This document shows, piece after piece, positions 26,073-38,680 of a DNA stretch of 64,000 nt. Within the stretch, counting starts at the first letter, position 1. Every line of letters begins with the position of its first letter. The stretch lies in assembly GCA_030704615.1 (NCBI GenBank), contig CM060733.1, positions 11,408,001-11,472,000 of the forward strand. The letters run 5' to 3'. The DNA comes from Takakia lepidozioides. Taxonomy: Eukaryota > Plantae > Bryophyta. A model generated the notes under the pieces. It did not search any database. It was not told the origin of the DNA and saw nothing but the letters and a program-made list of their open reading frames with translations. The position numbers were made by a program, and so were the translations under genes.

Positions 26073-27560
26073 CATTCCCCAAGGTAAGGTGAGAGCTGCC
26101 AAAGGCCTGGAAGAAATCTAACGCTCCATCCCTCCCCGCTAGCTAACTAGCTTGTAGTTGGGACCGTAGCTGCCCCAGCGCAACCATTGGGCTCTGGCAA
26201 TCTTCCGAGGCAGCCTGTCCATCTTCTTTGTGCAAGAATCCACTGCCTCGCATCATGCAATCTTTCATTTCTCCATCGATCAAGGCACAATGCTGCTTCA
26301 GCTCCTCTCGGATCAAGTCATTGATATTCCATGGACTCCCCTAAACCCGGTCAGGGTCTGTGGATGGAGTTTTCCTTCTAAGGAGATGAACCCTATCCCG
26401 CCACCCTTGGAAACCACCGCCGAATGGCTGCAGGTTAATAGATTCTTTTGGGTCCTGGGCAGACCTCTGGCTGAGCTTCCCCTGGATCTAGGTGAATGTC
26501 GTGGACCTTTCCCAGAGGTCCCCACCCCTTCTTCACCTACCCAACAAAGAAGGGATACAAAGCCCTATTGAATGCCCAACCATTACAATCTAAGTGGGAC
26601 TCAAGGTGGCACCACCACGGATTTCTAAATGAGAAATGGACTATCATCTGGGGATCTATTTGGATCAAGACGCGCCCAACCAAGGTGGCAGCCCTCCTCT
26701 GGCAGATTGCCAACAGGGTATTAAAAGTGGGGGAGTGGCTTCAATTCCAATCTTCGCTCCTCTGTGCATGCTGTCCTTCGGGTATCCTGGAACCCATAGA
26801 GCATGCGGTTCTGGGATGTTTGGCCCCTCGAACTATCTGGCCTCTTGTAAAGGAATTCTATAGCCACTGGAGCCCCAGGCCCCTCTCAGTTACTGATATC
26901 CTCCTCAACTATAACCCTCAATTCAAGCAGAAATCTCTCCCTTGCCCTGTGTTCGAAGCCCTTCGGGGATCAGTCCTATGGCATCTATGGAAAGCCAGAT
27001 GTTTCAAAATCTTCTCTGGAAACACTACCTCAATATCAGCCTTCATGGCACTCATCTTCTATGATCTTGGTATTGAATCCCATAAGGCCTGGGCTAAACT
27101 TTGTGCAGACATCCGATGCAATTCACGAGGAGCGGCTGCCATCTACGAGGCATTCAGGAACACCTGGGCGCGCCACGACCTCATCTGTGTCACCACCTCG
27201 GAGGACTCCTGCACCTGGCCAGAGCTTCCGCCCTTACAATGGCGAAACAAGCGCTCGACAATCCACAACATCCCCGGAATTCGACCAGGAGGTTAACTGG
27301 TAACACATAAAATCCTCAGCGACAGCATCTAGGCTCAATTACCGTTGAAACAATAATAATCCTGTGGGATTGGTTGGTTGCTAATCCCTAGGGTACCTCC
27401 TGGTCGGATCAGCCTACTTAAATCTCAGCTCTAGTATTAATGGACAGGTCACTTCAGGCAGTTGGTCGCCACAGTTGTCTTATTGCAGAGTCAAAGGAGT
27501 CGCTCTCCGGCTAAGTTCTTCATCCACTGATCACGGTGTGTGTGCCTTATGGCATTAAAG
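26073..27560 (+). mobile_element. L1-type LINE 3' part (zf-RVT) and 3' UTR
   Basis: WGSIW...KVAALLWQI...CACC...EPIEHAVLGC...LWHLWKARC. Confidence 0.85.
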
Positions 27561-28969
27561 GGGTTTTAATTTTTTCCCCCAAATAATCCCAAATAATGTA
27601 TTAGGGCTTGCCCCCAAAAATATTTTATAATAAAGTTAACCAGGGCGATAACCCCCCTGTTAACAAAAATATAATATAATATAATATTAGGTATACTACT
27701 ATCTATTTTTCTAAGAAAAAATAAAAACATGTGATGATTTTTTTTTTTTTTTTGTTTTTTTTTTCCCATGGACTTTCATGGACTCAACATCTGCCATTTT
27801 TTAGACACCCAATTTGGCAAATATCCGGAAACTTGATCCTGGCTCATGGCCTCTTGCACCGTCACAGTGTCCTCCAGAGCCTCCGTAAATGCATACGCTG
27901 GCAAATTTTGGCTGGAGTTTGAAAGCGTTGCAAGGTTGAGAATCTCCAGTGGAGGAGTCGGGCGCCCTTCCGCCATCATCAGCTGGGCAGATCCCCCTCC
28001 TCCCCCCACCAAGGGCCTGAGCTTGGTGGGCCAGGGAAAAGTCGGATCCAAAGTTCAATCGTAAATGTTGCATTGGGTTCTTAGTGGTTCCCTGGGGATC
28101 CTGCTTCTGGAGAAGCCCTTGTAACCCTAGGATGGAAGTTTGGACCCATCGATTTCAGTTGAAGGGGGAAGCTTCCTCAAGCTCCATAACACTAGTGAGC
28201 TCAGTTGAACTCAGCGAGCTGTCCGGAGCGTAGTGTAGATTGCTTAAGAGAGAAAGGGAGCTTGGTTTGGTGCTAGGATGGATGCAAACATTTGCTTGGG
28301 TTGTTGTTTCATGAATGACTTGGATCAGTAGTTATTCCTGACTGCAGTTTGAATTCAATTTGGGGTTGTCTAGGGAGGTGGGCGGAGCAGAGTCTGTCGA
28401 GGATGAAGGTAGATGGAAGGAGGAAGGATCTCCAGTAGTTGTGAGGAGAGTCGTTACCAATGAGTGTTTACGGAGGTAGTGGTATTTCAAGGCCCTGGTC
28501 ATTTGCGGGAAACATTGAAATTGTTTGCATGAACAGGAAAAAAGAGGCCATTGGTGACCTCCTCTAGTTTAGAGACTTGCATGAGAGAACATGACCTTTG
28601 CGGCTTGCTCGCAGCCGTGGTGCGGGGCTCATGCCGAAGCACCAAGGATCTTGAGATCGTTGAGCTTGGACGCCGCCCTCCCAGCAAAGCTCCGCCATCC
28701 CCCTTCTGAAGTACTTCATGACGTTTACTGTCATGACAGTTAGGATAGCCTGTAGAGGGGCAGTTAGGACAACACACAAGGGGGTATTTAAGGAGCAAAG
28801 ACGATGAACCGGAGACTTCTTGATACGCTGAGGAGTACACGCGGAGGAGGAGAGAGATGATGGAGACTTGCGAGCTGTAGTTGAGGATACTCAATATAGT
28901 TAGGATAATACAGAGGGTGCGGCCTAACTATTGATCATGATATAATCAAGAATCATACTTGACATTCGC

Positions 28970-31580
28970 AATGTGTAGAGAGACCGGAGAGAAGCTGTGG
29001 ATTGTTTAGTTAGGATGATTTGCCACTGAATCCAGCAACAGGGAGCTGCAGACAGCAAGAAGGAGCGTGGAGTTTACACATCAGGAGGGAGCGGGAAAAG
29101 TTGCAATGCGAATTGTTTACAGGTGAAGCCCAGCTGTCCTTGTATGCAAAGCCTGGTCATGAGGTTTGTCTGGGAAATGCGGCACCGCATTTGCATTTTA
29201 TGTTTTCGGTTGCACTTTGCGAGTACATTGGTCTCAACTTTTGCTCACGCATGCTGATTGCCCTGCAGGTATATGAAATATGTGCTTCTTCAGACAGGGG
29301 CCCTGGCTCAAGAGCCCCCGTTCTTCATGGCTTGGACCGTGGCGGGCCCAAGTTGTGTCTACACACCCAAGATGCAGAAACAATGGCATGCCACGCATCT
29401 CGTTGGATGCCCGTGGTACCTGGACATGTCTGGTGGAATTGTTGACGAGTTTGAGAAAGATCTGCACGCGAAAACAGAAGATGAGAAGGAAAGACGTGTC
29501 CCTGCTGGGCCAGAGTCGGCAAAGGAAGCTGCTGCTCTGGAGCAATCCAGAAAGACAACTGAGATGGCACAGAAGACGGTGGATGCAGCTGTGCAGGCTC
29601 AACAGAAGGGGTCGAAGAAGAGGACTCGCCAGCAAGGAGCAGCAGTTGTGACACCCAAGAAAACGAAGAAGCAGAAACATATAGTGCAGAAAGAGGGTGA
29701 CGAAGAGGACTCCGATGGAGACTTTGCAACCAGCCCACCCCCCGAAACGCAGCCGAAATCCCCTGTGCCTACCGTTGTCACGAGAGGGACGAGAACAGGC
29801 TCGGCAAAGAAGGCACTCTTCAACCCCCCGGGGGGGCACCCTTTCGAGCCGGTGGAAATGAAGAGGCCGAAAGTGGATCCCGATACAGTAATCCAGTGTG
29901 TAAATGAGAGTTTCTTGGCGGCTTTGGATGGACGGGCAGCCAAGTTGGCATACATGAAGACCATGGAGGGTCTGAAGGGCAGAGCACTGAAGAAGGTGGC
30001 TGCCAAAGAGCCTTCCGACACCCCTGGGTTTCTGAAGATGGTCTCGTTCTTTGAGAGGGTGTGTGCAGACAAGGATTGCAGGAGGGGCGGAAATGCCACC
30101 AAGTGGTCTTGCAATATGATCATCTTGGATATTCCGGACGGAGAGCCTGTGGAAGGACTACAAGCTTTGTCATCTTGGAACAGGTACTCCGAGGACTTTT
30201 GGAAGAAAGGATTCGGGCTCGCCCGCATGGTGTTGGACGACAGAGGCTGTGTGGTTGTCCTGGCGAGCAGAGGCAAAAACACGCAGACAGGAATTGCGAA
30301 GTGGACACGCAAGAGCACCGTCCCAATTCTGAAGAAGAAGTGGACGTGCATCAACACATTGGGCCTTCGGTCGGAAGGGAAGAAGGTAATTACGACATTG
30401 GCACTCGTCCTTTCATTTTCTTAGGAGGTTTGAAATGCGGTGCCGCATTCGATTTCTAATCGTTCCCCACTGTGTATGCAGACAAAGCAGTTCGATGCAT
30501 GCTGCTTTGTGAAGGAGAACTCCACCTTTGCTTTTCGGAAGGAAGGATTGTTGGTTGACCCAACTGCGACCCCATCGATTACGACGTCTTGTTCAACAAC
30601 ATTCCCACGGAACTTCTCCCTCATAGCCTCACTTCAACGGAACCCCTGCGGTATTCACGGACTCGGAGCCTTGCCTTCATTCAAACAATTATGGAGACAT
30701 GCACTGACGTGGAGGGCACAGTGCTCGACCTCATCTGTGGGACATGTATGCAAAATCTTGTTCTATGCTGTTCTACAAATTCTCGTTATGCTTTAATTCG
30801 CAACATCTGAAGGGGGGCCATGTCATAATGTGTGGATGGCATTGTAACAGGTGCCTCAATGTGGGCTAGGCGGTTTTCCGACCGGCACCTCTTTGCCTAC
30901 AAGGAGGACACATCCGTCTGGGGATCCCATCTGGAAGGGCTGCAACGGAATGTGAGGCTCCCATCGAAGCCAAAAACTCCTCGGATTTGTCGGAGTCGGA
31001 GGAAGAGACAGTGGACATTGATGCCGAGGAGAACCCGGAATACGAGTGAGTGCAAACATTGTAAGTTTGCAAAGCCTTCTGGGATGATTTTTTGTCAAAC
31101 GCATTTCCGGACTGTGGTTCTCATTGGTCTCGTTGGTGATTGTTATGTGCAGGATTCCAGGATCCGGGTCGAAACATGTAGGGCCTACACTTCCTGCCAG
31201 GAAGAATGTCCCGTTCTTTGCGAGGGCCGACCCCGGTGAAGGACTACTCCCTTCCTAGTTATGCAGCTAAACTCGCAAATACAGCGATTAGACGATGTGA
31301 GAATCCCAGTAAAGTAGAGCAGATTTTGGAGAGGGCTAGGGAGGACAGAAGGATAAGGAAAGAGTTGGCAACAGCTGAGACAGGTAGACGGGTGCGAAAG
31401 TTCATATGTGATTCAACGGATGAGAGCGATGCAGACAGGGAGGACGACGACCCAACGGAGGTGAGATGGTCGGTTCCGCAAGGGGAAGATGGGATTTTTG
31501 AAAGCCTGGCCAACGAGCAGTCCGCTGGAGATGAGAAAGGCAATGACGGGGTGGAGGTAGAGCAGGACGGTCAAGGATAG
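28970..31580 (+). pseudogene. Intron-containing gene with a beta-class amino-DNA-methyltransferase-like domain (copy A); exons about 28970-29163, 29269-30385, 30482-30745, 30851-31044, 31153-31580
   Basis: Motif IV-like MIILDIPDG, then RMVLDDRGCVVVL, then after splicing IMETCTDVEGTVLDLICGT-x-ASMWARRFSDRHLFAYKED (SAM-binding motif I region). The gene is 5' truncated and frameshifted. Confidence 0.7.
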
Positions 31581-31739
31581 GACGACGATAGTGATGATTT
31601 TCAAGATTAATAGAATTTTAATGAACTCTCTGTACATTTAAATTCTCTTCCAGAGTATATAAAGGAAATTTTCCCCGTCCTTCATGTCCCATGTGCTTCT
31701 AAACGACAACATCGTCCAAACCACGTCCCTCCCAAAATC

Positions 31740-32780
31740 GGAAATGCGGCACCGCATTTCCATGTCGAAACGGAAATGTGGCAACTACAAAAACCTCCTT
31801 TGGAAATGCGGCACCGCATTTCCAAAACCGGGGCAAGAACAATTTTCCGTTTCATGGTTTGGACATCAGAAACTGTTCGGCCAAACGGAAATGCGGTGCC
31901 GCATTTCCGTTTTCGACACGACAGTTTTGCCGATTGCCAGCTCCTTCCATGGAGGTAAATGGATATGCCACCCCGCATGCAGGGGTCGAACATGGAAATG
32001 CGGTGCCGCATTTACATTTTGGAGATGGACGTTTTTCCAACTGCAGACCCATCGACGGAAAAGCGGCTCCCCATTCCATGATGCTAGACGGGAATGCGGC
32101 ACTGCATTCCATTGTCCAATAAGAAATTTCGATGACGTACATGAAAATGCGGCGCCGCATTTCCAAAACGGACATCGTTGTTTGTCCAATTCCAGACCCT
32201 TTGACGGAAATGCGGCACCGCATTACATTGTCCAATAAGAACTTTCGATTGCCAAACATGGAAATGCGGCGCCGCATTTCCAAAACAGACATCGTTGTTT
32301 GTCCAATTCCAGACCCGTGTGGGCATTCCGTCTTGTTGGACGGACATGCGGCACCGCATTCCATTGTCCAATACGAAATTTTGATGACGGAGATGGAAAT
32401 GCGGTGCCGCATTTTCAGAACGGACATCGTTGTTTGTCCAATTCCAGACCCTTCGATGGAAATGCGGCACCGCATTACATTGTGCTCTCCGGAAATGCGG
32501 TGCCGCATTCCATTGTTCGGTACAAAATTTTGATGATGGTCATGGAAATGCGGTGCCGCATTTCCAGTATGGACATGGACAAGCATTAGCGATTGGACAT
32601 GCTTGGACAATTCAAGGTCCAATATGGAAATACGGTGCTGCATTTCCAATTCGAAGTATGGTAATGCCATGTCAAGAAATGAAATGCGGTACAACATTTC
32701 CGTTACGACCACAACGGAGGAAAGGGAGCTGCCCGAAATCGCTGCATGGAGAAAAATGAAATGCGGTGCCGAATTTCCGA
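31740..32780. repeat. Array of about 17 palindromes GGAAATGCGGYRCCGCATTTCC
   Basis: Copies at about 31740, 31802, 31887, 31994, 32090, 32144, 32206, 32260, 32342, 32395, 32458, 32491, 32544, 32625, 32680 and 32758; part of the array forms 116-bp dimer units. Confidence 0.92.
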
Positions 32781-33055
32781 GCTTCGGCATGTACATGTTT
32801 CCTTTTACTCATACATGGATTTTCTTCACCTCAGGACTCTGATATCGCTGACTCTGGTATATTCATATGGACAGACACATTGTAGAAATGAGACCACAAA
32901 TTGTAAACAGTGGGCCAATTACGGCAGTTCTTGAACACAATGAACACACAAGCACACAGAAGTGAGGTACGATGGGTTGTTTTATTGATCGTACACGGTG
33001 TCTCACATTTAGCAACCCCAGACAAATCTAAGCCCTTCCTCCTTCTACATGGGCG

Positions 33056-33580
33056 TCACCAAGTCGACGGAACTTCGATAGCCCTCAAAACAAGCTCATT
33101 ACTGATGCGGCACCTCGAGGTAAAGTGCAATGCGGTCGATCTGGTGCCCTTGATGGAGCTGACGACAATGTCATGCCCATCAATGATACCACCATCATAC
33201 ATTGACAAGGTCACTGTGGGTCTCATGTGCCCGTGCGATTCGTCTTCGCAACTCAACCGAATGTCTCCATACACTGGAAGAGCGGAGTGAACTCCACGAA
33301 TATAGTTTTCCCCGGTGCCGTCCTCCCTGGTCCACTAGCAGCAGTTCCAGTGCCAAAGTGAGGCCGTGCATGATCTGTCCGGCATCCCATTCCACCTTGG
33401 TATATCGAGGTCAACAATTTTCAGGACCCACGGACCACATTGACCCTCGCCCTCACCTCGCTCAAAGCGGTAATAGCCCTCCAAATACTCCATTGCGCGC
33501 AAAGTCTCCCGCTTGATTCCAGAAGCGTCTGTGAAAACAGAGAGCCAGACAATGATGTCTCCTGATTCTGGTTTGAACAT
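33056..33580 (-). pseudogene. Unknown protein X1, about 175 aa (one in-frame stop)
   Basis: ORFs 33335-33664 and 33056-33274 share a frame. Homologous to 34244-34753. Confidence 0.7.
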
Positions 33581-34243
33581 AGCATAATCGTGGCCATGAT
33601 AAGGGCAGTCAGCAGGATTTCGACGGCATGACATCCTTGAAAAAGAGTAGCGGAGTACGCTCAATGACAGCAGCTCCCGGATGGAGGAGGCAGCAGCGTG
33701 GTGGTTGGAAGAAGTTCAAGCAAACTCTGCAATTCCTCACAAACACTCCAGGGCACATTTAAATTTCCCCCTTACAGGAACCTGCACTGATGAAGATTGG
33801 CTGCTCCATGAATGTAGCCGTTTCAGTTTCCTTCCCTGCCATGCAAACTATGGGCAGTAAGTGCCAAGTGGGCCTATAGCCACTCGAGACGACAAAGTCC
33901 ATCCCCCCTTTGATGTAAATGCGGTGCCGAATTTCCATCCGGGGGATGGACTTCGGTGCAGATTTCAAACTATACCCCGTGGATGAGAAAGAGGTATCGG
34001 TTCATCCACCGCTGGCATGATGAACACGTTACACGATGATTGGTGGGTACGTGGGACCCAGATGCTCCATTATTGGAGCCCGCACTGTTGTTCCGCTTCT
34101 CATCATTTCGAAAATCTAAGGGCTTCGTTGCTGTCTGCAAGGTCATTGTCATCGGCATCAAAGACGTCCTCAGGTCCTCCTTTGCAAGGATGTCGTGCTT
34201 CCGGAACTAGGACGACTGCCCTTATGGAGGCTTCGATTATGTA

Positions 34244-34753
34244 ATGTATTCGGCCACATCGGGAGACATCGTTATCTGGTACACAGTTTACACAGAAGAT
34301 ACTGGTTCGAATGTGGAAACATTGTCCGCTTTTGAGTATATCCCAGGCCACTACGCCTTCGAGCGGGGTGACGATCTTGGTCTGAGGAGTCTGTGGCTCC
34401 TGCGCATCCTTGATTCCGATTTTCCCAACTACGACGGGCACCCATGCAGAAGAATGCGCACTGCTATGCTGTTGCGGTGAAACTGCTGCCAGTGGACGTG
34501 GGTGGACTCCATCGGAGAGACGTATACTCCTGAAGGAGTGCGCTCCTCTTCTCCATTGTATGGGGACATTCGCATTGGTGTGGACGATGAAAACGTGAAG
34601 CTTTCCATATTCGATGGTGGTATGATTGAAGGGCATGACATTGTGGTGAACATCAACAGGGGCGGTACAACGTCTGCAATCCAGTTTACCTGGAGGAGCC
34701 CGATGACTCATGAGCTAGTTCTCGGAGCAGTCGAAGTCCCATTGACAACGTGA
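34244..34753 (+). pseudogene. Unknown protein X2, about 170 aa (one in-frame stop), paralog of X1
   Basis: ORFs 34244-34480 and 34502-34753 share a frame. Shared motifs with X1: SGDI, ETL, FERG, NCC, YGDIR, DGGxIxGHDIVV, ELVLxAxEVP. Confidence 0.7.
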
Positions 34754-35229
34754 CTTGTATTCACAAGGCACAGGGCTAAAGATTTGTTTGCACAATCAGC
34801 ACAGTAGACATGCTTCAAATGCAATTCATGTGGATCAATAAAAACCCCAAAGTGCCGTCTTTTTGTTCTATTTTGTATCCATCATTCCCAGAATGCATCA
34901 TTCCTCATTTCGTTTGGGATTGGGAGTGTGGGTGGATTTTGCAAGTGGCTGGTAGGCTGAAATGGGCCCCCACTGTACAGAGCAGTACCACCCTACCATT
35001 CGCGCAACATTGCCTTTCAATATGTAATTCTAAAAAACATTGTTGAACCTCCTAAATCGGGAGGTCCTTCTCCCCCTATGACCGTGACACCCTAAACCCT
35101 ATTCCCGCAGACACTCATTTCCGGAAAATAGTCCTGCTCATGTTTTTTACGACACTTACGACTCTGCTTATGGCTCATGCCGCTCATGGCTCATGGCTCA
35201 TGAAATAGCAGCCCCCCATAGTGGCCATG

Positions 35230-37430
35230 AGTGGCCGATTTTGAAATAAAAGAAAAGTCAGTGAAGGGGGCTCAAACAGTGAACATTGCCGCACACTATT
35301 TGAGCTTCCATTTTGGGGTGGATTCAACCTGCCAGACTGGCCCTAGGTGCACAATTTTCATGTCAAAAAACAAGCAAATCAGGGGGCTCAAACAGTGTGC
35401 GTTGACACACACTGTCTGGGCTGCCAGGTAAGTGTGAATTGAACCTGACAAAGATGACCTTTGTGGTCGATTCTAAAATGAAAAAATAATGTCAAGAGTG
35501 GGCTCAAATAGTGTGCAATGCCACACACTATTTGAGCTTCCAAAAAGGGATGGAATGAACCTTAGAGAGAGGCGACTGTGTGCAGGATTTTCACATTCAA
35601 GAAACAATTACAAGGGGGGCTCAAACAGTGTGCGTTGACACACACTGTTTGAGCTGCCAGGTTAGTGTGGATTGAACCTAACAGAGTTACCCTGTCTAGA
35701 CGATTTTATTATGAAAAAAACAATGAGAAGGGGGGCTCAAACAGTGTGCGTTGGCGCACACTGTTTGAGCTGCCAGGAAATTGTTCATTGAACCTCACAG
35801 AGATACCCTGTCTGGACGATTTTATTATTCCAAAAACAATGAGAAGGGGGGCTCAAACAATGTGCGTTGGCGCACACTGTTTGAGCTTGAAACTAGGGGT
35901 GGATTGAACCAGACAGAGAGGCCCATGTGTGCACCATTTCCACACCAAAAAAACAATGCACAAGGGGGGCTCAAACAGTGTGCGTTGACGCACACTATTT
36001 GAGCTTCCAATTCGGGGTGGATTGAACCTGCCAGAGTGGCCCTATGTGGCCGTTTTGAACATGAAAAAACAAGCAAAATGGGGGACTCAAACAGTGTGCG
36101 GTGCCGCACACTGTTTGAGCTTCCAATTCGGGGTGGATTGAACCTGCCTGAGTGGCCCTATGTGGCCAATTTTCACATGAAAAAAACAATGACAATGTGG
36201 GCTCAAACAGTGTGCGTTGACGCACACTGTTTGAGCTGCCAGGTAAGTGTGCATTGAACCTGCAAGACTGGCCCTATGTGGCCGATTTTCACATGAAAAA
36301 AACAATGACAAGGTGGGCTCAAACAGTGTGCGTTGACGCACACTATTTGAGCTGCCACATCATTGTGCATTGAACCTGCAAGACTGGCCCTATGTGGCCG
36401 ATTTTCACATGAAAAAAACAATGACAAGGTGGGCTCAAACAGTGTGCGTTGACGCACACTGTTTGAGCTGCCAGGTAAGTGTGCATTGAACCTGCGAGAC
36501 TGGCCCTATGTGGCCGATTTTCACATGAAAAAAACAATGACAAGTTGGGCTCAAACAGTGTGCGTTGACGCACATTGCTGGAGCTACCAGGAAATTGTTG
36601 ATTGAACCTCATAGAGATACCCTGTCTGGACGATTTTATTATGAAAAAAGCTGTGAGAAGGGGGGCTCGAACAGTGTGCTTTGACGCACATTGCTGGAGC
36701 TGCCAGGAAATTGTTGATTGAACCTCATAGAGATACCCTGTCTAGACGATTTTATTATGAAAAAAGCAGTGAGAAGGGGGGCTCGAATAGTGTGCGTTGG
36801 CGCACACTGTTTGAGCTTCGAATTAGGGGTGGATTGAACCAGATAGAGAGGGCCCTGTGTGCACTATTTCCACCCAAAAAACAAGGCACAAGGTGGGCTC
36901 AAACAGTGTGCGTTGACACACACTGTATGAGCTTCCAATTCGGGGTGGATTGAACCTGCCATAGTGGCCCTATGTGGCCGTTTTGAACATGAAAAAACAA
37001 GCAAAATGGGGGGCTCAAACAGTGTGCGGTGCCGCACACTGTTTGAGCTTCCAATTCGGGGTGGATTGAACCTGCCATAGTGGCCCTATGTGGCCGTTTT
37101 GAACATGAAAAAACAAGCAAAATGGGGGGCTCAAATAGTGTGCGGTGCCACACACTGTTTGAGCTTCCAATTCGGGGTGGATTGAACCTGCCATAGTGGC
37201 CCTATGTGGCCGTTTTGAACGTGAAAAAACAAGCAAAATGGGGGGCTCAAACAGTGTGCGGTGCCGCACACTATTTGAGCTTCCAATTCGGGGTGGATTG
37301 AACCTGCCATAGTAACCCTATGTGGCCGTTTTGCACATCAAAAAACAAGCAAAATGGGGGGCTCAAACAGTGTGCGTTGTCGCACACTGTTTGAGCTTCC
37401 AATTTGGGGTGGATTCAATCTGCCAGAGAT
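35230..37430. repeat. Tandem array of about 19 x 116 bp, each unit with a 16-bp-arm palindrome GCTCAAACAGTGTGCG-N4-CGCACACTGTTTGAGC
   Basis: Palindrome starts run from 35270 and 35386 to 37361. A-tracts lie between them, and several unit subtypes are present. Confidence 0.95.
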
Positions 37431-38680
37431 GTCGTGTATAGGCGGTTTTCATATCAAAATACAAGCACAACTGGGGTTCATATCACCAATGAAGCACAAA
37501 GGTCGGTCTCAACATTGTACCTTTTTTTTGGCTGCTCTAGAAGACTCCCCAATTGCCGGAGACCCTTTGCGCTTTGGACTGCTCTCTACGCCGAGCATAT
37601 TCTAGAGCATCTCTCCCATCCTCTTTTCCACTATCTGGTTCTTATTGAGGTCAGCATCAATATCATCTTCAGCGTCCGTCTCTCCCTCGGATTCAGTCTT
37701 CTCCTCACCTGTTCTTGGAAGTATGGCGGGCTGCTGTTCTTCTCCAGATTCCTGCTCTTCCATCGCCAGACTTTCCTCTTTGCCCTCTTCTTCCTCCTTT
37801 TCCTCTTTGTCTACTCTTTCTATCCTCATTCTATATCTGGCTCTATTCCTGTCCCTAGTGCTCGTGAAGTATAACGACTTCCTTCTCTTCCTCCTCCGGT
37901 GGAAACAAGGGCTCCCCACGCTGCCTCTGGAGCTCTCTAGTTTGACGTTTGCAACAAGCGTTGCTATGGCATGTAACCAAAGTAAAAATTGGACATTGTT
38001 AACCGTATTTGGATGCGGGTGTCATCATTGTGTGCGAATGGAATTCATCCATTTCGGCGTCTTTGTATTATCCAAGAAATAAAGTGGTGGAAAAAAAGTA
38101 GATCCGTTGCATGTACTTCGCCGCCTGCCAATACATGGCAGCCTTCTTGCATTCTTTGAAATTCGGAAGTGTCGTAGAAATCTAATGCTAGTTCAATTTC
38201 AAGCAGTACTTGCAAATTCGCAATAATTGTTATGCTTCACATATGCGTCCACGTGTGTTGTACTGCCTACCCTACGGTTTGCATTTCGCCGTCACCATCG
38301 CAATGGGGTCATTCAGTATAAAGGGTTGTGTCGGCAATGGTCATGTGTTGCACACACTCATGCGAGGTGTCTCCCGGAGTGTCAGTGTTTGTGCTGTGCT
38401 CTTCTGGCACAGCACAACCTCATTAGATTCGGGGTCTTCTTGTTTACTGCTCTCCAGGGTTGTTGCCGTCTTTCCATAATGGATGATTTTATGTCATGTT
38501 CACGATTTTTTTTCATCCAAATACAGCACGGCTTCTTGTGGCTTCTTGTCTTAGAAAACAGTTTTTCTGGTTGGTGTCTCTCAGTGTGGCTGTCTGCGAA
38601 GTTCGGTTCATGTCATTCCTACATCCTTTGCATGCATCGCCCGCAGTCTTTGGGTCAGTGCTACCCTTTTTTACCTCAGT

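Noticed and set aside
28450-28964. Possible LTR ending TTGACA that truncates MTase copy A
   Set aside because: The left boundary, TSD and PPT/PBS could not be established.
31682-32842. Many ORFs with MRHRIS/NAAPHF/KCGAAF repeats (also 35665-37269)
   Set aside because: They appear in all frames on both strands, so they are translations of palindromic DNA repeats.
33335-34480. Premature stops as RNA-editing or readthrough sites
   Set aside because: CAG>TAG and TGG>TGA are ordinary transitions expected in methylated nuclear TE DNA, and they fall at different positions in the two paralogs.
31740-37430. CRISPR-like appearance of the two palindrome arrays
   Set aside because: Spacers are homologous to one another and of the wrong length, no cas genes are present, and the context is eukaryotic. 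These are tandem repeats.
37560-38082. Acidic ORF 37602-37919 and its Ser-rich antisense ORF
   Set aside because: Low complexity, no recognisable domain, and flanking stops.
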